NCBI GenBank assembly: GCA_013265495.1
Contig: MU058669.1
Coordinates: 1,311,880 to 1,375,879 of the forward strand
Direction of reading: 5' to 3'
DNA: 64,000 bases
DNA from: Vicugna vicugna
Lineage: Eukaryota
Shown here: piece by piece, positions 1 to 13,222 of the stretch
How the letters are laid out: each line of letters opens with the position of its first letter
Numbering within the stretch: position 1 is the stretch's first letter
The notes under the pieces: model-generated
What the model was told of the DNA's origin: nothing
Seen by the model: only the letters and a program-made list of their open reading frames with translations
Database searches by the model: none
Made by a program: the position numbers and the translations under genes

Positions 1-394
1 TTCCTCATATGGCAGATATAGCAGCTCTGTAGAGGTGGCGATTCTGCCATTTCCTTGGTGTTGCATCATTTGTACCGTCAATCTGTGTTTTCCTAATGCC
101 ACTTGTTACTTCTTTAAAGTTTTCCTCATCTAGTTGTAGCTAAACTAATCTGTAAGTCCGTTTAACCTGGCGCAGTTGAAGTGTGATATTTCACAATACA
201 CAGAGAGCATAAAAAATAAGTAAGGTCATCCTTGTAGCCCCCTCTGTCATGGAGCCCCCAGCCTTTCCTCAGGTTGCCTGGATGCCTTGTGTGACTTCCT
301 CTAATATAAAGGGCAGAATAACTGTGCTAGTGTCAATCCGTGAACTTAATATCAGTAAAACTCAGTATCTAAATTTAGATTTATGATGCATCTA

Positions 395-765
395 AGTCTT
401 AGGCTGGATTCCCCGGAAGGGTTCTTGGCAAGCAATCTACTAAGGAGGTGCTCTGAAATAAACCCACAAGGGAGCGAAGGAAACAGGATTGTGCAGGGAG
501 CTGTACTGCAGTGGTTGTATCACCCAGAGGTAATGGGGTCTGGAGAGTTACACCCCAACATCACTGTTTCATTATGACCGCCATCCCCAGGAAAGGCACA
601 ACTTCCAAGGCATCCTCTTGGCAAGGTGGTTCCTGTCAATCAAGGGCAGTCCTCTGGACAGTAGTGCAGATTGGTGCCATTATCCGCCATCTGCAGCAGC
701 TGGAAGAGAGGTGCTCCAGCCAGGTGAAGGGAAATCTGGGTGGGATACCATCAGCCTCTATTACA
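395..765 (-). mobile_element. Old ERVL LTR (LTR16-like), approximate bounds
   Basis: Begins GTCTTAGGCTGGATTCCCC..., resembling the reverse-complemented end of LTR16-type elements. Highly diverged. Confidence 0.5.
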
Positions 766-1276
766 AAATGTGAATGGAAATTGGGTGTTTTATTCCAGTA
801 GCCTACTCTGAAGACCGCTAGCCTAGAGAAAGTCCTCCGCCTTGGCACTAGTGATGGTTTTGGCCAGATAGTGCTCTGTGGTTGGCAGCTGTCTTGTGCA
901 TTGTGTCTTGCTGAGCAGTGCCCAGCTTTATCCACTAGATGCCCACTTGGAACTATATCCTCCACCCTGACACGCTGTGATAATATAAATGACTTTATTG
1001 TGGGGGAAATTGATGTCCTACCAACACAGAGAGACCTTTCCATGTCAATATGGAAAGGAAACGAATTGATTATTGAATTAGCAGTGTCCACATGTATGTA
1101 GGTAGCCTGTGAGAGACTACGAAGTAAACAAAGTCACAACACTTATACAGCAACACGAGCATGAAGTTTTCTTGAGAATTAAAGTAGCTGTTGAATTGAC
1201 TGTCCACCTCTGAAAGGCGTTTTGATTCCCCTTGAAGGACATTTACATCTTGACATGGGCTTTTGTGTTAACCCCA

Positions 1277-1290
1277 CTGCGAGGGGGCAC
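1277..1290 (+). promoter_or_regulatory. Candidate CTCF site
   Basis: CTGCGAGGGGGCAC closely matches the CTCF core (CCRSNAGRKGGCRS) and lies in a small CpG-retaining patch. Confidence 0.35.
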
Positions 1291-1499
1291 AAGCCTTCGG
1301 CACGGGCGACCTCTCTCCACTGTAGGTGGAGCTTTTCTTCTCTTGGGAGATACTCGTCTAGAATCCTAGTGTGAGAGAAAGGACTCAGTCCCACTCTGTC
1401 TTCCAGGAGACTCTTCAAAGTGGGTAAGAGAGGGCAGTGCCTCATTTTTCTTCATAGGCAAAGAAAACTTATTTTAAAATGTTCACCTACACCAAATGT

Positions 1500-1553
1500 G
1501 AGATTGGCAAATGTCCCCTCGGGGACAAGCTGAATCCCAGTTGAGAACCATAG
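1500..1553 (-). mobile_element. MER20 (hAT-Charlie) terminal fragment
   Basis: TTGGCAAATGTCCCCTCGGGG...CCAGTTGAGAACC resembles the reverse complement of the MER20 start. Confidence 0.55.
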
Positions 1554-1644
1554 CCTAGAGCGAAGGGTAACAGGGTTAGCGGTCAGGTGGCCACACGAGG
1601 TCAAAGAAGAACTTGGATAAAGCCACGTGAAGAAAGCAAGCTTT

Positions 1645-1998
1645 ACGTAAAAAGCAGCTTTGTCTTGGACAGGTTAAATAAGATACAGAGGCAGTCAGAT
1701 GAAGGAGGCTCTGATGCCGTGGAGGCCTAGGCACACCAACCCAGGATCTGAAACCTCAGGGTTCTAGGGTGGAAACCTACGGGTGAGCCATCACGGACAG
1801 CCAAGTAGGCTTAGGACGACAGCCCGTCAGTGGTTTCCTTGCCACATGTCCTCCTTTTCTCTGTAAAATCTCTCCCTGGGCTCCTGTCAGGGGAGCATTC
1901 CTAACCACTTCTGGCTTGATGTTGCCTGTTGGAAATCAATTTTTGTTCAAATAAACTCTTAATTTTTTTTTAATAGGTTTCAATTTGTCTTCTGATAG
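1645..1998 (+). mobile_element. ERV1-type solo LTR, approximate bounds
   Basis: AAAAGCAGCTTTGTCTTGGACAGG start, then an AATAAA signal (TTCAAATAAACTC) and a short T-rich U5 segment. Confidence 0.55.
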
Positions 1999-2858
1999 TT
2001 CAAGACTGTTCCTCTGATTTGGGCCTTGTTTTATTACTATTAAATGCTAGTATTACTGCTGTTTTGGAGGCCCAGTATTAAAGCAAAATGGGAGTGAGTT
2101 TCTATAAAAGAGAGTTTTAGACGTGTCCTCTCATCTTCTTTTTATAGTTTGGGGCCAGGCGATGGCGATTATTCCGTCTGGTCAGGAATAGACTGAATGG
2201 CCTATATTATACTAATTGCCTTTCCTTGTTCTCTTTGTTTTCTTAGGAAATTGCTTTTGAACACTTGGCTAACCTTTTATTTTCCTTAGTTCTTTTTCAT
2301 GGCTGCCTGATAGAAATCGAGTTTCCTTTATTGAATATATTTAAGACCTGGTTTCCTTTATCTGCTGTATCCCAGATTTATAAGTTGGGCTCTTTAAAGC
2401 ACAGTGCAAGATTTAAAGATGGCAAGAAACCACCAGCCACTCTAGATTTACCCATGTCCTCCGCCATCCAGTGTGATTTAGGAATGTCACAAATAGCCCA
2501 TGAAACCGTAAGGGAAAACCATAGCTATTATTCTGATCATTATAGGACGTTGGTTTTGATGATAGTAGAAGGAAAGTGAAATTGGGAGGAAATTTAAAAA
2601 GACATAGTGATACTTGGCAGTGAATTGTTCGTGTATTCCTCAGGGATGTCCCTTGTTTTGAGGAAGGCTTTGAGACTGGATGTTTTCTCCTCCTGTTCAT
2701 GTCTGAGATAGAGTATGGCCTCTGCATTTTTACCTTCTAACAGTAAGATATCAAAACCTTAGAAGAGAGAGTCTTGGTACAGGCACTTCCTACAGATTCA
2801 CAAAGTAGATGCATATTTAAATGGCATCTGTCCGTGCACAGCGCCGTTAGAATTCTGG

Positions 2859-3577
2859 TGTTGGGGAGGAACACCAGCTCTGCCCTTCTAGGTTCTTCTG
2901 GCTGGCCTAAGAATTAAACTGATGTGAGACATTACCAGGAGAAAAATCAAATTTAATTTCATATATATGGGAACCCTACTTAAAGGAGAGGTTCAGAGAC
3001 TTCATATACTTGAGAGGCTCAGATACAGAAGAGTAAAATGAGGTATACATAGTAGATCCTTGAAAAATGTGGGGTTTGGGACACCACCCCCTAAATAGTT
3101 GAAAATCTGCCTGTCACTGATCAGTCTGTCCTGTGTATTTGTGGTTCCATGTTCATGGATTCAACCAACTGTAGATCGTGGAGTACTTTATGTGTTTATT
3201 GAAAAATATATGTAGAAGTGAATTCACACCATTCAAACCTCTGATGTTCAAAAGCCAACTGTACACCATCCTGAGCTAAGGAATGAGGTAGAGGCCTGGG
3301 ACTTCCAGAGACAGGAGGGTTATTCACAGAATGATAAGTAGAGCAGATATGTGGTAATTAGTAGATGTTTGCCCTGGCATGTAGATGGGGCCACTTAGAT
3401 ACATTTTACCTCTGCTAATATATTTTTCTGGAAAAAATCCCCTATTTAAATTCTTTTAGGTAGTTAAGGGAAGGGCAGTAGTTACTTTGAGCCCACAGGG
3501 TTTCCACTGCCTTGAGCTCCAAGTGATGCACATGGCAGAGCAGCACGTCTTGGGGAGGCCTGTTCTGAACACGTACA
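2859..3577 (-). mobile_element. ERV1 solo LTR interrupted by a Tigger2a element
   Basis: TG...CA termini. Shares CTTCTAGGTTCTT...CTAAGAATTAAA...CAGGAGAAAAATCAAA with the LTR at 56397. Confidence 0.65.
3050..3261. mobile_element. Tigger2a_Art-like non-autonomous DNA transposon
   Basis: Degenerate Tigger2 TIRs (TAGTAGATCCTTGAA ... TTCAAAAGCCAACTG) followed by TA, with internal GGATTCAACCAAC. Confidence 0.75.
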
Positions 3578-5949
3578 CCCGGGTGTGCGTCTAGAGAGGC
3601 TGCTCCATGTCTTTCTCTATTTCAGGGCAAACAGAAAAATTCCACGTCCCAGTCTGAGCAGTAATAATGGAGGTGTGTATGGAACAGAGGCAACACCCAG
3701 TCGAGATAAAAGTGACTGGGTGGGAGCTGGGCAGACTTCCTGTTTTACCCACAGAGGATATTGGCCAGCTATTATATGCTTACTCCCTCTTCCAAGTTAC
3801 TGCTTTGTGCTTCGGTGGAAAAGTAGACATTACTTATAGTGTAACCCTCCGCCTTATGCTTATATTCTGATTCTGTGGGAACTATTTAAAATAAACTGCA
3901 GATATCCAGTAGACACGTGAATTCTGTCTGGCATGGAAGGGGTTCAGCTGACTTGCTTTCCTGCTCCTTCTCTGTAAGGAACAAATAAACATAAAATGAG
4001 TTTTGCCTCCATTTTGTAATGCGTTTCAAGACTCCTTTCCCTTACATCCACGTATGCATCTGACTTTTCCTTTGCACAGGTTGTAACATCTGCTGGTTCC
4101 CTCATGAGTTGGATCAAATCTTTAACACATGGTAATTCTTATATGTATATGGGAATCATGATTTTTACCTTTCCCTGAAAATTTTTTTTAAAATAGTAGT
4201 TTTACCCCATTTTGACTCTGGAGTGCTGGGAACTTATGTTCTAAAGTTCATCAAAACTAGATGTAGGCTGGAATGTGGCTACCATTCATGTAGATAGAAT
4301 CAGTTAAAAAAGGTTTTGTTGCTCCAACCCCTCACAGTATGTTTAGATGGTTGCTTCTATCCTACTGAAAACATTCCTTTTTGCTCAGTCTACTGGTAGA
4401 GGCACAGTTTCTTTCTTACACTCAGAATGATGAAATGACCGATTTCTTATACAGAGAGAAGTCAGGAATATTGTCCCATTGTTTTGACAGTTGGAAAGAC
4501 TTCAAAGCTTAAAATGTTGGTTGGGAGATCTGAGTTTCATGAGACAACAGTTTGTTCCCAGGGACTACTTCCTTGGGTAGTTTACATTCTGCAGTGTGGT
4601 TAAAACCACCGGCTTTGTATAATAAATCCATCAGCCTAGATGTTTGGCGTAAAGGGAAACCATAGATAGCATAACCAGAATAAGCAATTTAAATCTATTG
4701 TTCCCCTGATAGACAGAGCCATTATTTTTCTGAGAATATGGCAGGATCAGTTACATCTATAAAAATAAATGTCATTCTAGCCTCTCTCTTTGCTTCTACA
4801 AAGCTCTCCTTCACTGAAGAATCACACCTAAGGAAATAGATCTTCTTGGCAGGACTATTATCTTTCTTGATGAGATCAGAACATATTAAGAGTTGATTTT
4901 CATGTGAAGTTACTGATGATGTTAGGCTGAAAAAATAAATGAATTCACTTAAAGCTTTCACAAAGTCAGATGTGGGAGATCAATGGATATAAACCTTATA
5001 CCTCATTTTTAATACATAAAGATCACAACACCTGGGAGGTGTCTTGTGTTCAGGTGGAAAGCAGAAGTGCAATATGTTTAGAAGTATCTGGAGGCCTGAA
5101 TTGCATTTATTTTTGGAAGGTGGAGGTGCTGTTAATACAAACACTGGTATATTCCCAGAGTTTCAAAGCAAGCTTAAGGTTGTTTCACTTATGAAACATA
5201 GCCCACATTTTGAGATGTTCTTGCCTTGATAATAAATAATAATATGGAAAGAATCCTGTGCTGAAATGTGAGCACCTTTGTAAATATATTTTGTAAGGAA
5301 TTGGTTTAGATTCCATACCTGAGCTGAAAAATAAAATTTTGATCCTATTGGGTTAGAACATAAGTAGAGGCTTGAGTAGAGCTGTTAGTTTAAGCACTTG
5401 ATTCCTTTTCCCGTTCTTACATTCTAAAATTACTGTTCTTAACTGTCTCTTATTATGGATATTCTGTTGTTTTATGTAATGGATTGATCCTTGCATCAAG
5501 GTCCAGGGATACACGTGAGAGGCTATGTATCCATCTCGTGAGCCTAGGAAGGTCTGAAAAGTCACATAAGAAGGTAGTTAGTTACCTGTTAATTTCACTC
5601 CATTCACCAGGAGGGTTGACAGTGAACAGGAAAAGAATCATCTAGGCCAGCTAAGCCCCCACCTCATGCATTACTTTGATGGATGTGTTGAGCACCTTAC
5701 GTGACAAATACTGATTAAAAAAACGGGAATTCATTGGTGAATGTTCAGAGTCAGATCTTGTTTTCGTAGTTTTAAGTTTAATGGGCAAATCAGACATTAA
5801 ATGGATATATAAATAAATCACTAAGTATGAAATCACTAAATATTTACTTCTCTTCACAACTGTACCAATATAGGTATTGAAAAAGCTCCTCCTTCCAACT
5901 GTTTTAGCGTCCTTTCTAAAAAGTTATTTTTTCCCACATTTTCAGTTGA

Positions 5950-6900
5950 GGAAGCCTGATATTAGTAGGCATGAGTTTTGTCATTTTTCCCCTCCATTGT
6001 TCTTTTCTGATAGAACCACCGGCAATTAATGATGAGAAAAAAGGGATAATCTTTAGGGCAAAGGAGGTGGAGTAGCAGCAGACAGGAGTTGGGGAAGAAT
6101 TAATGTTCAGGGGAAGATTGTGTAAAGAGGTTGATAATCTGTGATGTTTTTTCTTCTTGACTTTACTATTGAAATAGGGCACTGAGCTCTCCTAATGCTG
6201 CCATGATGCCCAATAATAAGATCAATAATGATTATACCATAATCTTAAAAGTAGTGCCAATAAAAGAAAGAGAAGCATTCCTAGTAAAAGGAATTATAGC
6301 TGCCTTTAGGAAGGACGTTCTTAGACATTCAGGCAAATAAGCATTATTGTGTTCTTGGCTAACCTTTGAGTTCTCCAGCAGTAATGTCAGCTTTATTGGC
6401 GAAAAGAAACATACGAGATGAGCCAGATTCCCTGTGTGCTACTGCTCCCTTTTGTTACTGACCAATCAGCTTGATGGCGCAGTGAGATGGTAGTTTTCCT
6501 GAATTGGGGACATCGGCGTTCATCCTTTCAGAAGGCCTATCGGCAAGATAATGTTAAGTGCTCTTAAACAAGTGTAATTCTCGAATAATTTTTTTTGCCT
6601 TTAATGCCACCGTATAAATCAGTCTTAATGCCCCATTAAAATAAATGAACATGTGCTAATGGTACCAATTCATGCCTCTTTCCTGAGCGGCCATCAGGGC
6701 TGGGAGTGCAAAGCTATTCTGTGTCCAGTGGAATGTGTCCATGGAGACTGGATCGCTCACTTTCAGGGGCAAGCTCATCAAACATAGCTCAAACAGAAAT
6801 CCAGATCGCTCTCTTAATCAGCAACTCCCTCCAGCCGTTCCCAGCCCCTGCGATCAACCTGGTAATTGCTTCACCTAGAACTGCCTTGTTGGTGCTGGGA
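5950..6900. promoter_or_regulatory. Putative conserved developmental enhancer block
   Basis: No recognisable repeat. CCAATAAAA (6257-6265), TTTATTGG (6392-6399), many TAAT/ATTA cores and retained CpGs. Confidence 0.4.
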
Positions 6901-7899
6901 AGTTAAGGTCTGCTGTGTCTTACAGAGCTTGGATTTCTGAGGAAACGGCTTTACATCAACAGGAAATTCAGCCCTCAGTCTGGGTTCCTATGAGTTTTTT
7001 TTTTTCCAGGTTGGGTTCAGCCATAGAGGTTAGCTCAGTTTTTCAGAGGGGGAAATGAAGGTTAGCAGAAGTTATTTTATCCAAGTCATGTGGCCATGAT
7101 GTGTCACAACCAGAATTGAAGCCAGTTCTCTTCTACACCAAAGCTCCTACTTTTAGCCCATTATTCTACGGTCTGTGCACATCACTCAGAGCAGGTGTGA
7201 GATTGAGGAGCTTGCTGTGTGGCATCATGATCCTAGGCTGGGAGAAAGTTCCAGAACCTGAAATGTACACCTCTGCAGCTGTTTACAATTACTTGCTTGT
7301 ATAACTCGTTTATGTGGACTGATAAAGAAGATTACCTGCCATGAGGCTGTCCTGGCATGTCAATCCCCTCAGGATTTCCACTTCATTCTGGTGCTCTTTC
7401 TGGGCTTCCTTCTCTTTTCCCTTGTGCCTCTGTACTTCCCCCCACACTCCCAGCATCTACCCTGTGGTCAGTGTTCTGTTTTTGTTTGTTACGTTTAAAA
7501 AACTTGTCCTTTTCCTCCTCTGCCCTGGCTAGATAATGGGTTTTCTTCTAAATAAGAGCAAGTAAAATGGTATTTATGTTTGTTTGCAAACATTCCTCTT
7601 GCCTTTTTCTGAGAAAATTCAATTATCTGTTGAACATCGAGCTCTGTCAAGTTTGTGAAATCTGATGGGTGTCTGGAGACCTGATGTTTGAAGAGGAATA
7701 GCCTTAAATAGAACAGCGCACACTAGACACATCTTAGAAAGAAGCTAACAGAAATACCCAGTGAGTGCCTGCCGTGTATTGGGCTTTGTGGTGGCCTTCA
7801 AAGCTACAGAATGCGATGAATCCTCGTCCCTCTAGGTAAGGCCTAATCCTCTTGCAGGTCCCCACGGTTGCCTGTGATTTCTCATATTGTGAGTACTCG

Positions 7900-9260
7900 T
7901 TGGATTATCTTCTCCTAATAGACTGTAATTCCATGAAGGTGAGGGCCAGTCTGTTAGCTGCTGTGCCTTTAGTGCAGTGCCAGGCACCAGAGTGCACTTA
8001 GTACTGAATTTTAATTAATTGAATTCATCACCATCATAGTAGATTGTTATCAACTGAATGCTTACTTTGTGCAAGGTATGGTGCTCAATACCAGGTTAGA
8101 GGGTTTAACAAATCCCTCTTTATTGAACTGACAGTTTAGTGGGAAGAAAGTCAAGAAGACATAATATTTATACACTATTAAAATATGATAGTAACATAAC
8201 AGTAATTATAATAATGATGAAGTAGTCACCGTGGATTGAAAATCTACCAAGTGTGTAATATACGTGAAGTGCTGTCAGGCATACATCCTGCCCTAGGCTG
8301 CAGTCATCTCAGTGTTTATAGATGAAGGCTGGAACTGTTCTAAAGCCGCACAGTCACTCAGTGGCAGTTAGGGGATGTGGACCTCAATTTTCTGACCCCA
8401 AAGCCAGAGCACTTACTCTCAGAACACAGTACTTTATATAGTAATCTCTATATATCTGTAAGAAGGGACAACGAACACAGATTGGAGGGTCAGACTCCAG
8501 CAAGTCTTGGGGAGGAGGTGATGCCTTGGGGGGATTTTCAAGGAGTTAGGATCCAGCCAGGTGAATGTTAACTCCACATACAAACTAGAGAGAATAAGAG
8601 ATCCATTTCAGGAAGTGGGTAGTGGAGGCTAGATATAAGGCCAGATCTCAAAAGGCTCTATTTACTAGGTGATGGAATTTATGTTCTAACTAGGAGAGGA
8701 GTTTAAGATGAGAGCCTCATGTAGTCAGACTTACCTGTGACCAGAGCCGTGCGGATAGGGTAAGTTTTTTTAGACAGGAGTAGTGGAAACTTTATTCACT
8801 AAGAACCTCAACAAATCTGTCAGATGAATGTTATATGCTTCCACAACAAACAGGGCCCTTTCTATGGAGACAGACAGCAAGAAGTGAGTGAGACAGTTAA
8901 GGACTGGGATATGTGCTGTGATGGGCATGAGCAAGTTGAAATCTCTGTTGAGAGAAAGCTGAGTGTGTTCTTGTGGGGAAGTGCTCTTTAAGGCGATACC
9001 TGAAGAATGGGGAAGGGGCCAACCACACAGTCAAGGCACTGAGGCCAGCAAGTGTGAAAGGAAAGGTTATATATATGTATAAAAAAAAAAAAGAAGTGTG
9101 AAGACCTGAAAGGTGCCCAAAGGTCTGGTGAGGGAGCTTGGCTGGACACTGGTTAAAATCACACAGAGCCATGTAAGCCAAGGGAAGAAACTGAGAATCT
9201 GGATAATTTACAAAGCTTAGTAACTTGGTCTGATTTACTTCTTCAAAGGATCACTTTGTA
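7900..9260. mobile_element. Mosaic of L2 and MIR fragments
   Basis: L2 3' end (GACTGTAATTCCATGAAGG...CAGTGCCAGGCAC), an opposite-strand L2 body, and a MIR-like core near 8230-8420. Confidence 0.5.
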
Positions 9261-9725
9261 TCCTTGAACATAGAAGGCTTGCTCAGTTGCAGTGACAGTG
9301 GTTCACACATATTGGAGTTACAGTATCAAAGAAAAAAAATGTAGAGAAGGCAGTCTGAAGCTGACATGGAAAATTGTTGTAATCATCAGGGATCTTGGCT
9401 CCTGTCTTTTTGCTTTGCTATCTTTTGCCCTGGCTTGCATCCTCACATATACAAGATGGCTGCTGGAGCTCCAGCGTCCCTTACATCTTCCACACAGCAG
9501 GGAGGAGGGAAGGGCACGACGATCATATGATAGCTGTCTGTCTGGCCCTGGTTCCATTTTCTGGCAGTTTGCTCAGTGACTTCCGAATTACTAGCTACTT
9601 CTAACTGCAAGAGAGATTGGGAAGTTGACCCTTTTAAGTTAAGTACATCTCTACCCAGCAGAAAATCAGTTTTCTGTCACTAAGGAAGAATGCTTACTAG
9701 GAAGCCAACCAGCGGTTTCTGCCAT
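9260..9725 (-). mobile_element. MLT1 (ERVL-MaLR) LTR, old subfamily
   Basis: CAAGATGGCTGCTGGAGCTCCAGC and CTAACTGCAAGAGAGATTGGGAAG are typical of MLT1J/L-type LTRs. Confidence 0.55.
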
Positions 9726-10079
9726 AAATTCGGTGTAATCAGTGGATTAGAGGTAGCAAATTATAAATGAGAGGAACCATTGTGATCTAGAAGATTAAAA
9801 ATTTTGGCTGAAACTAGAATGGAGAAGGAGGGTGGTGATGGAGTAAAAAATTAGAGGTGGAGAAAAGGATGCACTTGAGGGCTATTTTGAAGTTGGAACT
9901 GACAGGATTTACTGAGTTTCCCCCTTATTTGTGCATTTGAGGAACTAAGGATGAGTTTTTGATTTTTAGCACAATACTTCCTAGTGTTAGTAAGTCAGAA
10001 GGGAAGGGTGCAGAAAGTTACTGGACAGAGTGGGGAAAATGAGTCATTTATTGACTTGATTTGTAAATATCACCTTTTT

Positions 10080-10353
10080 TTTTTCCTGAGTTTTTTTATT
10101 TTTTTTAACATTTTTTATTGATTTATAATCACTTTACAATGTTGTGTCAAATTCCAGTGTTCAGCACAATTTTTCAGTCATTCATGGACATATACACACT
10201 CATTGTCACATTTTAATTTTTCAGTCATTCATGGACATATACACACTCATTGTCACATTTTTTTCTCTGTGATTTATCATAACATTTTGTGTATATTTCC
10301 CTGTGCTATACAGTGTAATCTTGTTTATCTATTCTACAATTCTGAAATCCCAG
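10080..10353 (-). mobile_element. Young 5'-truncated camelid L1 3' end with 12-bp TSD
   Basis: TSD TATCACCTTTTT at 10068-10079 and 10354-10365. TTTT/AA endonuclease site, poly(T) on + strand, and L1 3'UTR motif CCCTGTGCTATACAG. Confidence 0.85.
10168..10261. repeat. 47-bp perfect tandem duplication inside the young L1
   Basis: AATTTTTCAGTCATTCATGGACATATACACACTCATTGTCACATTTT occurs twice (10168-10214 and 10215-10261). Confidence 0.95.
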
Positions 10354-12389
10354 TATCACCTTTTTAAATAAAGGAAACCACCAGATAGCCAAGTTACCTG
10401 CAGATCTAACTGCTTCCTGTGTGAGAAGAAGAATAAAGGGAGCTCTTTTTCATCTTTTCTTCAAAACCTGAAATACACGCCATGCTGGGTTTTATGAGTT
10501 TGACAGCTTCCCAACTTAAACTCTATACTTCCTTTGATAGCTGACTCACTATAGTCAAAAAGAAAGAAGGAAACAAAAATGCAATGCTATGCAAATTTGG
10601 GAGGAGGGGGCATTTTAGCAGCTTTCAATCTATTTGACTAAATGTAATAAAAATTTCCTTGTGTCAAATACAGCCCATTGAATACTAAACAATATTGTCA
10701 CAAAGCAGAGAAAAGCAGGTTAAGCCAGTATAAAGAGTCTGTGTAGATTGACAGGCCTCGGAATTAGAATTCAAATATTGAGAAGCAATAAAGCACACAT
10801 TTCCAGGTCATGATGACTCTGAAGGGGTTTACGATGTAGCAAACTGAAATATTAGTCAGGAAATGAATGCACACACAATATAGCATCATTTGTTTTCAGC
10901 ACAACATTTGTCAAGCTTCCACCTGGAGACCAACAGAATAAAATAGAGTCCTTTTCAAGAATGAGGATTGCACACAGAGCCCTGGTAGATTTATGCTAAT
11001 ACAAGGCAGGTAATTTCTGCAGTGCCCTAGACGTAATTACCTAGTAACCAAAGGACACGGGGTGAGCGTTCACAAGACTTGAGTTTGAGACTTGGCTTCA
11101 CTACTTCGAAGCTTTGTGACCTGAGGTCATGTCAATTTTCTGATGCTGAGTTTTCTTTTGTTAATGTGGAAGTAAATTTTTATTATTGATCTGTCTAACA
11201 GTAAATTTACTATGGATATTTTGACTGTGTGGGGGAGATCCTGAATTATTGATGTTACTGAGAAACTACTTAAGACGGAGCAGGGAGAGGAAAAATCCTC
11301 TGAAGTAACTAGTCTTTCCACCTCCCTTGTTATTAGTAAACTGGATTGCCTTTTGGTTGGTTGATTAGAAAATGATAATCTACCCTCCTGGTGAGTGAAT
11401 ACAGCCTAGAGGCAAACTCATATACAAACATACATACATATATGTATGTACACACATACACGTGCATGTATACAAATGCATACACACCAGCTCAACCAGC
11501 TGAGCCCTGCTTTTACCCACAGATACATACACACACAGATATTTCTTCCTCTGTGGTGTTGCCTCGTAAAGATTTTCAACAATTGACTCTGTTGCCAACT
11601 AATATCATATAAATACACAAACTCCTGGCTTCATAGAAAAATCACATCTTTCTAAATGGCATCTATAGGCAGAAGTTGTATACCTTTAGTGATGGGTCAC
11701 AGACTTTCCAGTTCACCATAGTCCTAGGACTCACTGTGTGTTTAACTTTGCCTAATTGACCTCTGGAAATACTTGAGTTTTCTGTCCTTGAGTTAGAGTA
11801 TGATTTGACAAAGGGCAAGGTGGAACCAGTTGGACCTTCTCTCTTGACAATGTTAATTGGTCCAGCTAAGTCATGTTTGAAATGTATGAAGCTTTTGCAG
11901 GATGGGCCATTCAAGAGTATAGGTTTGAGTGAGACCATCATTTCACTCTGAACAACACACACATACACAATTTTTAAAATAATAAAAGATAATTGGAAAC
12001 GGTCAAGAAAGATGGTTCACCATTGAAAGAGCATCATCTCTGTAGTGTTTTATATCAAGGGATGTAGTTTGTTTAAACTTCCTTGAAATGGCATAGATTT
12101 GCCTAGGGCCATTCATGACCTGCTGTATCCTCTCCCTTGTTGAGATGAAAGATGGAATCTTCTATAGTGTTTTTTATTAATGACCTTGACCAACCAAGCC
12201 TTGCTTTTAAGCTTTGACTCAAAGAGTCTCTTCCAAAGTAGTGAGTTAATATTTATGTAAAGCAGAATTTTACGTCAAACGTTATCTAGAAAATTAAATG
12301 TCTAAGCAGTATAATATATCTAATCCATTTTCAACTAAAAGTGAGTTTATTCTAAAACAAAAATGCTGCATATTTAGCATCATTGAAAG

Positions 12390-12601
12390 CAGTGGTTCTC
12401 AATGGGAGGCAGTTTCACGCCCCCAGGAAATATTTGGTATTGTCTGAAGATATTTTTGATGGTGAAGGCTGGGAGGTGCTACTACATCTATTTGGCAGAT
12501 ACCAAGGGTGCTGCTAAACACCCTGTAATGCACAGGAAAGCCCCCCATTACACAGACTTAGACAGCGCAAAATGAAAATAGAGCTGGAGTGGAGAAACTC
12601 T
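12390..12601 (+). mobile_element. MER20 (hAT-Charlie), full length
   Basis: CAGTGGTTCTCAA start, GCTGCTAAACACCCTGTAATGCACAGG core and GAGAAACTCT end. Confidence 0.8.
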
Positions 12602-12789
12602 TTTTAAAGAACATATCCTTTGCAGAAGCTTTCTTAAATTTAAGAAAAGTTCAGACCAGGGAATTTAGCACAAATTTGCATTTCTGGCTAAGGGTGACAT
12701 ATAATCTACGTACTGCACAGCACTCCCTATCTCACTTCCAAGTTCTTTTATAATTGAGGTTAATTTGTATTGTATCAGTCTAGTTGTTG

Positions 12790-13222
12790 CTTCTTGGCAT
12801 GTTTAGGTCTGATCTGTTCTGAGTTACTTTTTGTGTGTGGTGTGAAGTAGGGATTCATCCTTACTCTTCTGCATGTGGATATCCTTTTGTCCCAGAAACA
12901 CTTGTTGGAAAGACTCTTCTTTGCCTCACTGAATTGTCTTGGCAACGTTGCTGAAAATGAAATGACTGTAAATTTGAGTGTTTATAGCTAGAGTCTCAGT
13001 TCTGTTCCATTGATCTATATGTCTGTCCTTACATCAGTATCAGACTCTTGATTATACTATATATAATACATATATATGCCTTGATTATATTGTAGCTTTG
13101 TAGTAAGCTATAAAATGGGGGTTGTGAGTCATCCAACCTCTTCTTTTTCAAGATTCTTTTGGCCATCTGTGTCCCTTGAATTTCCATGTGAGTTTTTCAA
13201 TAAGCTTGTCAATTTCTGCAAA
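12790..13222 (-). mobile_element. Old L1 (L1M) ORF2 fragment
   Basis: TTGTCCCAGAAACACTTGTTGGAAAGAC and CTTTTTCAAGATT...CCCTTGAATTTCCAT are antisense L1 ORF2 motifs. Confidence 0.75.

Noticed and set aside
11431..11450. 20-bp palindrome TACATACATATATGTATGTA
   Set aside because: It arises trivially within a low-complexity TA/CA-rich tract.
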